Assembly: GCA_964638035.1 (NCBI GenBank)
Contig: CAZWXD010000006.1
Coordinates: 274-64,273, forward strand
From: an uncultured Gemmatimonadaceae bacterium
GTDB taxonomy: Bacteria > Gemmatimonadota > Gemmatimonadetes > Gemmatimonadales > GWC2-71-9
Direction of reading: 5' to 3'
DNA length: 64,000 bases
Below, in pieces: positions 47,600-56,477 of the stretch; within the stretch, counting starts at the first letter, position 1; every line of letters starts with the position of its first letter. A program made the position numbers and the translations under genes. The notes beneath the pieces are model-generated. The model was not told the origin of the DNA. It was given only the letters and a program-made list of their open reading frames with translations, and searched no databases.

Positions 47600-47670
47600 C
47601 GCGTGCTGGCCTGCGGGCGGCAATCCCTTGTACATTCCGGGTGTTAGTCCTGCCCCCGCAAGGAGATAGC

Positions 47671-48861
47671 GTGCTGTCGCCCGACCCCGGCCACCTCCGG
47701 GACCCCGACCTCCGGCCCATCGCGCACAAGGTGACCCAGGGGCGGCGCCTCGACGCAGACGACGCCCGCGTGCTGTACCAGTCGCCCGACCTTACCGGGG
47801 TGGGGCGACTCGCTGCCCAGGCCAACGCACGGCGCAACGGCGACCGGGTGTACTTCTCGGCCAACCAGCACATCAATCCCACCAACGTCTGCATCCTCCG
47901 GAACACCTGCGTGTTCTGCTCGTTCGCACGGATGCCGAAGGAGGAGGGGGCCTACACCCGGAGCCTCGAGGAGATCTTCCACGAGGCCGAGGCGGCGCGG
48001 AGCAATCCCACCCGGGAGTTCCACATCGTGGGCGGGCTGCATCCCAAGCTGCGCCTCGCGTACTACACCGACATGATCCGCGGCCTCAAGGCGCGCTTCC
48101 CCGACGTGCACGTCAAGGCGCTCACCGCGGTCGAGATCGCCCACCTCGCCCGGATCGAGAAGGTGAGCGAGCGCGAGGTCCTGGTGGCGATGCGGGACGC
48201 CGGGCTCACCAGCCTCCCGGGTGGCGGGGCCGAGGTGTTCAGCACGGCCGTGCGGGCCACCATTGCGGAGCGCAAGCTGACGGGCGAGGAATGGCTGCGG
48301 GTGCACCGGGTGGCGCACGAGCTCGGCATCCCGAGCAACTGCACCATGCTCTACGGGCACGTCGAGACGGTGGACGACCGGATCGAGCACCTCAGTGCCC
48401 TCCGCGCGCTGCAGGACGAAACCGGCGGCTTCCTGACTTACATCCCGCTTGCCTACCATCCCGACAACAACGAGCTGGGAGAGGACCTGGGTCGCGTGGG
48501 CTCGGCCACGACCGGGTACGAGGACTTGCGCAACATCGCCGTCGGGCGGCTCTTCCTCGACAACATCCCCCACGTCAAGACGCACTGGCCCATGGTGACG
48601 CCCTTCCTGTCGCAGGTGGCGCTGGCCTATGGCTGCGATGACGTGGAGGGCACGGTCGTCTACGAGCGCATCTACCACGAGGCTGGTGCCCACACTGCCA
48701 TGCACATGCCCTATGCAGCCCTCGTCCACATGATCCAGGGCGCGGGCAAGCAGCCGGTCGAGCGGAACAGCCTCTACGAAACCCTGCGGGATGACTTCGC
48801 CGACCTCGAACCGCAGGCGGTGCTGCTGTCCGGGTCGGCCGCGGCGGTGCACGCCGCATGA
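47671..48861 (+). CDS. mqnE: Radical-SAM futalosine-pathway enzyme, most like aminodeoxyfutalosine synthase MqnE
   Basis: NQHINPTNVCILRNTCVFCSFAR radical-SAM motif and GGLHP. GTG 47671 preceded by AGGAG. The MqnE versus MqnC assignment rests on my recollection of the INPTN versus INYTN signature. Confidence 0.75.
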   Translation: MLSPDPGHLRDPDLRPIAHKVTQGRRLDADDARVLYQSPDLTGVGRLAAQANARRNGDRVYFSANQHINPTNVCILRNTCVFCSFARMPKEEGAYTRSLEEIFHEAEAARSNPTREFHIVGGLHPKLRLAYYTDMIRGLKARFPDVHVKALTAVEIAHLARIEKVSEREVLVAMRDAGLTSLPGGGAEVFSTAVRATIAERKLTGEEWLRVHRVAHELGIPSNCTMLYGHVETVDDRIEHLSALRALQDETGGFLTYIPLAYHPDNNELGEDLGRVGSATTGYEDLRNIAVGRLFLDNIPHVKTHWPMVTPFLSQVALAYGCDDVEGTVVYERIYHEAGAHTAMHMPYAALVHMIQGAGKQPVERNSLYETLRDDFADLEPQAVLLSGSAAAVHAA

Positions 48862-49679
48862 GGTTGGGCCGGATTCCGTGGATCAACTGCTACCCGGTCT
48901 ACGGGGCCATCGACCGCGGCCTCGTGCAGGTCCCGGCCGAGGTGGTGAGCGGGACGGCGTCCGACCTCAACGACCTGCTGGCAGCGGGCGAGCTGGACGT
49001 GAGCGTCGTGTCGGCGGTGGAGTACGCCCGGGATGTTGGGAGCTACCACCTGCTGCCCGACCTCGCCATCAGCTGTGATGGCCCGGTGCACAGCGTGAAG
49101 CTCTTCTCCCGCCGGCCGCTCGCCGACCTGGGCGACGCCACCGTCCTGGTGACCTCGTCATCGCGCACCTCGGTGCGCCTGCTGGAACTGCTCTGCCGCC
49201 ATCGCTGGAGGGTGGCGCCCCGGCTCGCCACCGTCCGGGCAGAGGCGACCGACCTCGAGGCGCTGGCGGGGTTCCCGCACGATGCCGTGCTGGTCATTGG
49301 CGACGCCGCGCTGGTGCTGGCCTCCCGGGGCGCCTACGCATACACTGCCGACCTTGGCGCCGAGTGGAAGGCATGGACGGGGTTGCCGTTTGTCTTCGCC
49401 GTGTGGGCCGCGCGGCGGCGCGCCAGCGCCACCCAGGTGCAGGCGGTGCATGCCGGGCTCCTGGCGTCGCGCGCCTGGGGCCTGGAACACCTCGACCTGC
49501 TGGCCGACCAGGCCTGGGCCACCACCGGCATTGCCCGGGAGGTGTGCCGGTCGTACCTGGGCGACCTCGACTACGGCTTCAGCTACCGGCACCTGGCCGG
49601 CCTGACCGACTTCTTCCGCCGCCTCGCGGCCGATGGGCTGGTGCCCGACGGGAGCCTGAGCTTCATCTCGGCGGCCTGA
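48858..49679 (+). CDS. mqnA: Chorismate dehydratase (futalosine pathway MqnA)
   Basis: MRLGRIPWINCYPVY...LDVSVVSAVEYAR pattern typical of MqnA, located between two mqn radical-SAM genes. Confidence 0.8.
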   Translation: MRLGRIPWINCYPVYGAIDRGLVQVPAEVVSGTASDLNDLLAAGELDVSVVSAVEYARDVGSYHLLPDLAISCDGPVHSVKLFSRRPLADLGDATVLVTSSSRTSVRLLELLCRHRWRVAPRLATVRAEATDLEALAGFPHDAVLVIGDAALVLASRGAYAYTADLGAEWKAWTGLPFVFAVWAARRRASATQVQAVHAGLLASRAWGLEHLDLLADQAWATTGIAREVCRSYLGDLDYGFSYRHLAGLTDFFRRLAADGLVPDGSLSFISAA

Positions 49680-49697
49680 GCACGCCGGCGTGGCCCC

Positions 49698-50783
49698 GTG
49701 CCGCGCCATCACCTCACCGGGGATCGCTGGATGGTAGATCGCACCGCAGGAGAGTTCCGGGACGCCCTCGACCTGTATCGCCGGGCGCCACTCCTCGAGC
49801 TGGCGGAGCTGGCCGACCGCGAGCGGTGGCGGCAGCACGCCGAGCCGGTGGTCACGTACATCGTTGACCGCAACATCAACTACACCAACGTCTGCGTGGC
49901 CGACTGCGGCTTCTGTGCCTTTGCGCGGCGGCCGAAGCACGGCGAGGGCTATGTGCTGGGCTTCGAGGAGATCGGGGCCAAGATCGACGAGTGCACCGCC
50001 CTGGGCGGGATCCAGGTGCTCCTCCAGGGGGGCCACAACCCCTATATCCCGTTCGAGTGGTACCTCGACCTCCTGCGCTACATCAAGCGGAACCACCCGG
50101 TCCACATCCACGGCTTCTCGCCCTCCGAGGTGGTCTTCTTCAGCGAGCGCTTCCGGATGCCGGTGTCCACGGTGGTGCGCGAGCTCCGCGCCGCCGGCCT
50201 CGACAGCATTCCCGGCGGCGGGGGCGAGATCCTGGTGGACGCCGTCCGCCAGCGCGTGGCCCCGAAGAAGGCACAGGCCGACGAATGGCTGGGGGTGCAG
50301 GAGGAGGCGCACCGGCAGGGCATGAAGACGTCGGTGACGATGATGTACGGCATGGGTGAGGCCGACGAGGACCGGGTCGAGCACCTCTTCCGGGTGCGCG
50401 ACCTCCAGGCGCGCACGGGTGGCTTTACGGCGTTCATCTGCTGGCCGCTGCAGCCGGAAGGCACACCCACCATGTCGCACCTGGAGAAGACCGACGCGGT
50501 CACCTACCTGCGGACGCTCGCCCTGGCGCGCACCGTCCTCACCAACGTGCCGAACCTGCAGTCGTCCTGGGTGACGATGGGCCACAAGGTGGGGCAGGTG
50601 GCCCTGCGCTACGGCGCCAACGACTACGGCAGCCTGATGATGGAGGAGAACGTCGTGTCGGCTGCCGGGACCACCTACCGGACGACCCTGGCGGAGATCG
50701 AGCGCAACATACGCGACGCCGGCTTCGAGCCGCGGCGGCGGCGGCAGGACTACAGCCTGCTGCCCGTGCCGGTGGCTGCCTGA
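49698..50783 (+). CDS. mqnC: Radical-SAM futalosine-pathway enzyme, most like cyclic dehypoxanthinyl futalosine synthase MqnC
   Basis: VDRNINYTNVCVADCGFCAFAR radical-SAM motif, paralogous to the 47671 gene. Alternative start ATG 49731. Confidence 0.75.
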   Translation: MPRHHLTGDRWMVDRTAGEFRDALDLYRRAPLLELAELADRERWRQHAEPVVTYIVDRNINYTNVCVADCGFCAFARRPKHGEGYVLGFEEIGAKIDECTALGGIQVLLQGGHNPYIPFEWYLDLLRYIKRNHPVHIHGFSPSEVVFFSERFRMPVSTVVRELRAAGLDSIPGGGGEILVDAVRQRVAPKKAQADEWLGVQEEAHRQGMKTSVTMMYGMGEADEDRVEHLFRVRDLQARTGGFTAFICWPLQPEGTPTMSHLEKTDAVTYLRTLALARTVLTNVPNLQSSWVTMGHKVGQVALRYGANDYGSLMMEENVVSAAGTTYRTTLAEIERNIRDAGFEPRRRRQDYSLLPVPVAA

Positions 50784-50792
50784 GGGCTGCCG

Positions 50793-51275
50793 GTGGCGAC
50801 GCACCGTACCGGCATCGGCTATGACTCCCACCGGTTCGCCGCCGGGCGCCCGCTGGTGCTGGGCGGAATCACGGTGCCGCACCCCGTGGGCCTGGCGGGA
50901 CACTCCGACGCCGACGTCGTGGCGCATGCACTGACGGACGCCATTCTCGGTGCGGCGGCAGCGGGCAGCATCGGGGCGCTCTTTCCCGACACCGATGCCC
51001 GCTGGCGTGGGGCCGATTCCATGGTGCTGCTGCACGAGGCATATGCCGTCGTGCGCGGCCGTGGCTTCCGGTTGGTGAACGCCGACATCACCGTCATCGC
51101 GGAACAGCCGAAGGTCGGGCCCCATGCCGCTGCCATGGCAGCGCGCATGGCGGAGATCCTCGAGGTGACGGCCGCGGACATCAGCATCAAGGGCAAGACA
51201 AACGAGGGCATGGGATTCGTCGGGAGGGGCGAGGGCATGGCGGCGATCGCCGTGGCGACGCTGGAGGGACCCTGA
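50793..51275 (+). CDS. ispF: 2-C-methyl-D-erythritol 2,4-cyclodiphosphate synthase
   Basis: TGIGYDSHRF, GHSDADVVAHAL, and TVIAEQPK matching the IspF pattern. Confidence 0.94.
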   Translation: MATHRTGIGYDSHRFAAGRPLVLGGITVPHPVGLAGHSDADVVAHALTDAILGAAAAGSIGALFPDTDARWRGADSMVLLHEAYAVVRGRGFRLVNADITVIAEQPKVGPHAAAMAARMAEILEVTAADISIKGKTNEGMGFVGRGEGMAAIAVATLEGP

Positions 51276-51286
51276 TCGACGGCATT

Positions 51287-52315
51287 GTGGGGTGGCTGGC
51301 CGCCCTTCCCCCGCTTGCCGTGTATGCCACGCTGGCCGCCCTCGCCTTCCTCGAAGCCGTCATCCCCGTGGTGCCCTCCGACGTCGCGACGGCGCTCGGC
51401 GCCTTCCTCTCCCATAGCGGCAAGACCAGGGCGGTGACGGTATTCGCCACGGTCACCGTAGCCAACGTCCTGGGCGCCATGCTGGTGTACATCCTCTCAC
51501 GCCGTGCCGGCCGCCGGTTCTTTGGCACGCCCCCGGGCCAGCGCCTCCTCTCACGGGAGGCCATCGCCGTCATCGAACGCGACTACCTGCGCTTCGGCGC
51601 GATCGGTCTCTTCCTGACGCGGTTCATCCCCGGGGTGCGCGCGGTGGTGCCGGCGTGTGCCGGGTTGTTCGGCATCCCGTGGGTGCGCACCCTTGCCGTG
51701 ATCCTGGGGGCTGCGGTGACCTGGTATGGCGCCATCGTGACCGGGGCAACGCTCCTGGGGAACGAGTGGGAGCGCGTGCGGGAGTTCCTGCGTGAGGTGG
51801 GGCTGGTGACCGGGCTGGTGGCGGCACTCGCCATCCTCGTCCTGGGAGGCCTGGCCTGGCGTCGCCACCGGCGCCACCTGCAGGAAGAGCCGGAGCCGGT
51901 CCTGCTGGCGGTCGAGGCGGCCCTCGGGCCGGTGGCGGGCACCGATGCCCCCATCGACGCCTCGCATGCCGCCCGGCTCATCATCGAACTCGCCTACTCC
52001 GATGAGGCCCTGGGCGAGGCCCAGCGTGCCCAGGTGGAGGCAGACCTGCGCGGGCGGTGGGGGCTCCCGGCGCGCGAGCCGGTGCCGACGCCTCCGCCCC
52101 AGGCTGGACTGGGTCACCTCGCCTCCAGGCTGGCGGCCCGGTTCAGCACCCGGCGCCGGGTCCAGCTGGTGGAGCGCATGTGGCAGGCGGCCTTCGCCGA
52201 AGGCACGTTGGGGGCGGAGCAGGAGGCCTGGCTCCTGCGCCGCGCCAGCGAGCTGCTGGGGCTCGAACCGCATGAGGTGGCCGCGGTGCGACAGCGGAGC
52301 GCCAGTGCCGGCTAG
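51287..52315 (+). CDS. DedA-family membrane protein fused to a C-terminal TerB-like domain
   Basis: DedA/SNARE-associated core (FLEAVIPVVPSD...LTRFIPGVRAVVP). C-terminal ~150 aa with a TerB-like pattern (LIIELAYSDEALGEAQR...VERMWQAAFAEGTLGAEQEAWLLRRASELLGL). Confidence 0.7.
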   Translation: MGWLAALPPLAVYATLAALAFLEAVIPVVPSDVATALGAFLSHSGKTRAVTVFATVTVANVLGAMLVYILSRRAGRRFFGTPPGQRLLSREAIAVIERDYLRFGAIGLFLTRFIPGVRAVVPACAGLFGIPWVRTLAVILGAAVTWYGAIVTGATLLGNEWERVREFLREVGLVTGLVAALAILVLGGLAWRRHRRHLQEEPEPVLLAVEAALGPVAGTDAPIDASHAARLIIELAYSDEALGEAQRAQVEADLRGRWGLPAREPVPTPPPQAGLGHLASRLAARFSTRRRVQLVERMWQAAFAEGTLGAEQEAWLLRRASELLGLEPHEVAAVRQRSASAG

Positions 52316-53234
52316 CGCGCCGGGCGCCGTCGTGGACGCCCTCGAGCGCGCCTTCCTGCTCGAGCCATTCCGCGATTACCTCACGCTCGAGGCAGGGAGC
52401 AGCGCCAACACCGTGGAAGCGTACGGCCGCGACATCCAGCGGCTGGTTGCGTTCGCGGCCACGCGCCGGCTTGCCGCGCCAGGCGACGTCACGCGTCCGG
52501 CACTCCGGGAGTTCGTCTTCCTGCTGAAGGACCTCGGGTTGAGCCCTGCGTCCATCCGGCGCACGGTGTCAGCGGTGCGCACGTACTTCGGGTTCCTCGT
52601 CGCGGAGGGACATGTCACGCAGGATCCGAGCGACCGGCTCGAAAGCCCCGCACGCTGGCGGACGCTGCCGGAAGTGCTCGCCGTGTCGGAGGTGGAGGCC
52701 ATGCTGGCGACCCCGGCTGCCGGCGATCGACTGGCCTGGCGCGACCGCGCGCTGCTGGAGCTGGCCTATGGGGCCGGCCTGCGAGTGTCGGAGCTCTGTG
52801 GCCTCAACCTCACCGACCTGCTGCTCAGCGAAGGCCTGGTGCAAGTGCGCGGCAAGGGAGGCAAGGAGCGGCTCGTGCCGGTTGGCCGCGGCACGGTGGG
52901 CGCGCTCTCCGTCTACCTGCACCAGGTGCGGCCCGAACTCGATCGCGGCACGACCCGGGGGCACGTCCTGCTCAATGGACGGGGGGAGCCCCTCTCACGT
53001 GTGGGGGCATGGGGCGTCGTGAAGCGGGCGGCCACGCGCGCCGGCATCACCCGCAAGGTGTCCACCCACACGCTGCGGCACTCGTTCGCCACGCACCTGC
53101 TGGAGGGCGGGGCGGACCTGCGCGCCGTGCAGGAGATGCTGGGTCACGCCGACCTGTCCACCACCCAGATCTACACGCACGTGGACCGCGAGTATCTCCG
53201 GTCGGTGCACCGGCAGTTCCATCCACGGGCATGA
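52305..53234 (+). CDS. xerD: Tyrosine recombinase XerD/XerC family
   Basis: RDRALLELAYGAGLRVSE, GKGGKERLVPVG, HTLRHSFATHLLEGGADLRAVQEMLGHADLSTTQIYTHV, ends HPRA. GTG 52305 chosen because there is no upstream ATG. Confidence 0.85.
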   Translation: MPASAPGAVVDALERAFLLEPFRDYLTLEAGSSANTVEAYGRDIQRLVAFAATRRLAAPGDVTRPALREFVFLLKDLGLSPASIRRTVSAVRTYFGFLVAEGHVTQDPSDRLESPARWRTLPEVLAVSEVEAMLATPAAGDRLAWRDRALLELAYGAGLRVSELCGLNLTDLLLSEGLVQVRGKGGKERLVPVGRGTVGALSVYLHQVRPELDRGTTRGHVLLNGRGEPLSRVGAWGVVKRAATRAGITRKVSTHTLRHSFATHLLEGGADLRAVQEMLGHADLSTTQIYTHVDREYLRSVHRQFHPRA

Positions 53235-53305
53235 ACCCGTCGGCTGCCCGGGTCCCGGAACACTGTCCGCCGGGCCAGGCGCCCCCTCGTCAGTCCAGGT
53301 GAGCT

Positions 53306-54223
53306 TCACCTGCCCGCGGGCACTCCGTCGGGTGTCGCCGGGGCGAGGGGACGGGCCACGATGATGCCGGACTGCGCCTTGAGCCGCTGAAGCCGATCGC
53401 CCACCGGCCGGGACGACAACTCGACGTTGCCCCCCGCGAGGGGAGCGTGCAGGAGCCAGGCCTGGCCGTTCCTGCGCACCACGAACCCGGTGTGCACCAC
53501 GTCGAGCCCGGCGCGCGACGAGGTGGCCGCAATGATGTCCCCCGACTGCAGCCGCGATCCGACCTCGGCATCGATCCATCCCTTGGGCAGCACCACCACC
53601 GGACCGCCGTCGCTCAGCTGCTGCTCCACCGCGGTGATCCGCGCCGCCACCAGGGTGTCTGCCAGGGCGGGGTAGGCAGCAGGGTGCGTGCTCATGAAGT
53701 CGATGCGCATCCAGGTCGGCACGCCACCCAGGTCCGCAGTCACCAGGCGCCACCATCCGCGCGCCTCGCCCTGGGCCAGCCACTCGGTGAAGTAGTGCAG
53801 GCGACTGGCATACCCGTCGATCGCCCCATCGCGGTAGCGCAACTCGCGGAGCCGCTGCTCGAACCGTGCGCGGGCACGCGCAGGGTCGCCCAGGAGCGCC
53901 GGCTCGTCGTGTGCGATCCAGGTGAGCGCCAGGACGTTCTCGACAAAGGTCACGCAGTCGAGGCCGTGCAGGTTCACCACGAGGCGTTCGGCGCCTGGTT
54001 GCTCCAGGGTCGCGGCCTGGTACGGTGTCCCGATGAAGGTCGAACCCATGGCGACGATCGCATCGCCGAGGGGCATCGTGTCGAGCCGGGCCCGTGCCGC
54101 CCAGGTGAGCCGCTGCGCGAAGATGGCGAGGTCTTCCGTGCTCCATGCGGCGGGCGCCTGGGCCAGTACGGCCGGCGCGAAGGCCACGAGGCTGGCCGCC
54201 AGCAACGGCAGGCTGCGCCTCAT
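53306..54223 (-). CDS. Secreted DUF1460-like protein (amidase/peptidase-like fold suspected)
   Basis: Signal peptide MRRSLPLLAASLVAFAPAVLAQA. GTPYQAATLE...LVVNLHGLDCVTFVENVLAL matches my recollection of the DUF1460 signature. ATG 54223 overlaps the upstream stop (ATGA). Confidence 0.6.
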   Translation of the reverse strand: MRRSLPLLAASLVAFAPAVLAQAPAAWSTEDLAIFAQRLTWAARARLDTMPLGDAIVAMGSTFIGTPYQAATLEQPGAERLVVNLHGLDCVTFVENVLALTWIAHDEPALLGDPARARARFEQRLRELRYRDGAIDGYASRLHYFTEWLAQGEARGWWRLVTADLGGVPTWMRIDFMSTHPAAYPALADTLVAARITAVEQQLSDGGPVVVLPKGWIDAEVGSRLQSGDIIAATSSRAGLDVVHTGFVVRRNGQAWLLHAPLAGGNVELSSRPVGDRLQRLKAQSGIIVARPLAPATPDGVPAGR

Positions 54224-55785
54224 GCGGCCCCGGTGCGGTCGAGGCGCGCGCCGAGCGCGCGCGCCAGCACCAGGACTTCGCCCACGGCGACAAGGGCGGC
54301 GACCACCGCGGCGCCGACGAGCCGTGGGGCCGGCGGGCCTGGTGCCAGGAGTGCTGTGCCAAGGCCGGCCGCGGCCGGGAGCGCGAGGAGCAGGACGAGC
54401 ATCGCGGCGGCCATCACCGAGTTGAGCAGGCTGGTGCCCAGCCGCGTGGCGCCGGGACGCGGAGCGCCCTGGCTTATCGGGCCAGGGAACAGGAGGAAGA
54501 GCGCGTCCTGCACCAGGGTGCCCAGCATCGCAATCGGCATCATGAGGACTATAACGGCAGCGAAGCCTGCGGGACGCAGCGCGCCATGCCGGCCCAGGTC
54601 CGCGCTGGTGCCGGCGCCGCCCAGGCCCACCAGCAGGAGCCCCCCGGCAAGGAGCGCGGTCAGCAGGGCGCCGCCGATGGCGCCGCCCAGCACCCACGTG
54701 CGCCCGCGTGCCGGCAGCATGCGCAGGAGGGTGAGGTGTTCCGCATCCTGGCGGAGCCCGGTTCGGAGGAACTGCGGGCCGAGGACCAGCAAGAGCAGGG
54801 CCCAGGTGAGCGCCAGGAACCCCGCGAACTCGGCGGCGGATGTGTTGCCGTGTGCGTGCAGCGCACGCAGGCCCAGTGACGCCACGATGCTGCCGGTGAT
54901 GATGAGCAGGACGTGGGTGCGCCGCACCACCGCCGTGACCGCCTTCCAGGCGGCGAGCGCGACGGCGCCGCGGGGCGGGGGCCGCACCGCCGGGCCAGCG
55001 GCGGCAAGCCCGGGATGTACGGGCTCCCGGGTGGGCCCCAACCACAGGAGGAGCGCCACGTGCGCGCCCAGCAGGAGCACCGCCCCCGGCAGGCTCCGGA
55101 GCCACGCATCCAGCGTGGTGGCACTCACGGGCCGGACCGGCACCGCGAATGGCCGGAGCAGGATGGCGCCGAACCCCGTGGTCCCGAGGCGCTCAAGGCC
55201 CCCCGATACCAGGTTGAACGACCCGGTCAAGGCGAAGGGAATGGCTGCCAGCAGCAGGAGCCCGAGGACCGTCCCTCCACGGCGGAGCCACGCATGGGCT
55301 CCATGCGTGCGGCCGCGGAGGCGACCCACGACGGCGCGGTGGTACATCAGCGTGCTGAACAGGATCCAGAGGGCGATGGCCCGCCGCCCGAGCAGCGGGG
55401 CCGACGCCCCGCGCGAGGCGAGCGCCGTCCAGAGGATCACGTTCGGGATCACGAGCGCCTGGGTGGTGACGAGGGAAAGCATGACCAGGTGGCGATCCCG
55501 GATGGGCGCAGGCCACAGGAGGCTGCGCGTGGCGTCAGCGGGTGGGCGCGCCGTGCCGGCGATCCACGCCGTGGCCGAGAGCACCAGGAGCCCGAGGGCG
55601 CCCGCTGTGGTCGCCCGGACAGGGTCCGGCATGGCGCCCGCGCCGGCCTGTCGAGACAGCCACGCGAGGTAGGCAAGGCCCAGGAGCAGCCCGAGCAGGC
55701 GGGAGGGCCGGCGAAGGCCTGCCACGGCCCTCGTCGCCGCGTTGGCAACGGTGCGCTGCACCAGGAACCACAGGGCAGGCGTCAT
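54220..55785 (-). CDS. Polytopic membrane protein, putative ABC-exporter permease
   Basis: 521 aa with ten or more hydrophobic segments. 4-nt overlaps with the ABC ATPase upstream and the DUF1460-like gene downstream. The N-terminal Arg-rich helix resembles putative-ABC-exporter family proteins. Confidence 0.6.
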   Translation of the reverse strand: MTPALWFLVQRTVANAATRAVAGLRRPSRLLGLLLGLAYLAWLSRQAGAGAMPDPVRATTAGALGLLVLSATAWIAGTARPPADATRSLLWPAPIRDRHLVMLSLVTTQALVIPNVILWTALASRGASAPLLGRRAIALWILFSTLMYHRAVVGRLRGRTHGAHAWLRRGGTVLGLLLLAAIPFALTGSFNLVSGGLERLGTTGFGAILLRPFAVPVRPVSATTLDAWLRSLPGAVLLLGAHVALLLWLGPTREPVHPGLAAAGPAVRPPPRGAVALAAWKAVTAVVRRTHVLLIITGSIVASLGLRALHAHGNTSAAEFAGFLALTWALLLLVLGPQFLRTGLRQDAEHLTLLRMLPARGRTWVLGGAIGGALLTALLAGGLLLVGLGGAGTSADLGRHGALRPAGFAAVIVLMMPIAMLGTLVQDALFLLFPGPISQGAPRPGATRLGTSLLNSVMAAAMLVLLLALPAAAGLGTALLAPGPPAPRLVGAAVVAALVAVGEVLVLARALGARLDRTGAA

Positions 55786-56477
55786 GGCCCACCGAGCAGG
55801 CCCAGGACCGCCTCCTCGAGCGTGCCGCCGGCGGTGAGCGCTGCGGGGGCACCGCGCGCCACGATGCGCCCACGGCGCAGCACCGCCACGTCATGACAGA
55901 GTTCGCTCACCAGGTGTAACTGGTGGGAGCTGAGCACCACGGCGGCGCCGGCGGCCGCATGGCCACGGATCCGGTCCTTCATCTGGCGCATGGCGGCGGG
56001 ATCGAGGCCGGTCAGTGGTTCATCGAGCAGCAGCACGCGCGGGTCGTGGATGAAGGCACAGCCGAGCGCCAGTTGCTGGCGCATGCCACGCGACAGTTCC
56101 GTCGGCAGCGCGTCCCGTCGCCCGGCCAGGCCCAGCGAGGCCAGCAGCGGGTCGATCCGGGCGGCCCCATCGGGCACGTCGTAGAGCCGCTGCATGAACT
56201 GCAGGTGCTCCTGGACCGTGAGGTACTCGAAGAGGTGAGGCTCATCGGGGACGAACCCGAGGGCATGGCGCGCCGCGAGGGGCTCGGCCGCCAGGTCGTG
56301 GCCCGCGACCACGATCGATCCCGCCGAGGGCGTGAGCGCCCCGGCCATGCAGAGCAGGGACGTGGTCTTGCCGGCACCATTGGCGCCCACCAGGCCCAGG
56401 ATGGCCCCCGCGGCCACGTCCAGGTCAACGTGGTCCACGGCAACGGTGTCACCGAAGGTCCTCCTGAGGCCGGTCAC
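55782..56477 (-). CDS. ABC transporter ATP-binding protein
   Basis: Walker A GANGAGKTT, signature LSRGMRQQLAL, Walker B LLLDEPLTGLD, H-loop SSHQL. GTG start, with an in-frame stop 12 codons upstream. Confidence 0.92.
   Translation of the reverse strand: MTGLRRTFGDTVAVDHVDLDVAAGAILGLVGANGAGKTTSLLCMAGALTPSAGSIVVAGHDLAAEPLAARHALGFVPDEPHLFEYLTVQEHLQFMQRLYDVPDGAARIDPLLASLGLAGRRDALPTELSRGMRQQLALGCAFIHDPRVLLLDEPLTGLDPAAMRQMKDRIRGHAAAGAAVVLSSHQLHLVSELCHDVAVLRRGRIVARGAPAALTAGGTLEEAVLGLLGGP

Noticed and set aside
49158-51125. 655-aa reverse-strand ORF over mqnA, mqnC and ispF
   Set aside because: It is antisense to genes with radical-SAM and IspF signatures and has a low-complexity translation.
52305-53234. 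Tyrosine recombinase as a possible marker of an integrated mobile element or prophage
   Set aside because: The sequence is XerD/XerC-like throughout, which makes it a housekeeping chromosome-dimer resolvase. I saw no phage, transposase or conjugation genes and no flanking direct repeats or tRNA target.
53235-53305. Possible bidirectional terminator between convergent xerD and the DUF1460-like gene
   Set aside because: Only imperfect pairings are present (CTGCCCGG...CCGGGCCAG with a bulge and an 18-nt loop), and there are no U/A tracts. This is not convincing enough to annotate.
53447-55672. 741-aa forward-strand ORF opposite the ABC permease and the DUF1460-like gene
   Set aside because: Its composition is Arg/Pro/Ala/Ser-rich with no TM or domain pattern. 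The reverse-strand genes have a signal peptide and TM helices, and they overlap each other and the ABC ATPase gene in ATGA fashion.
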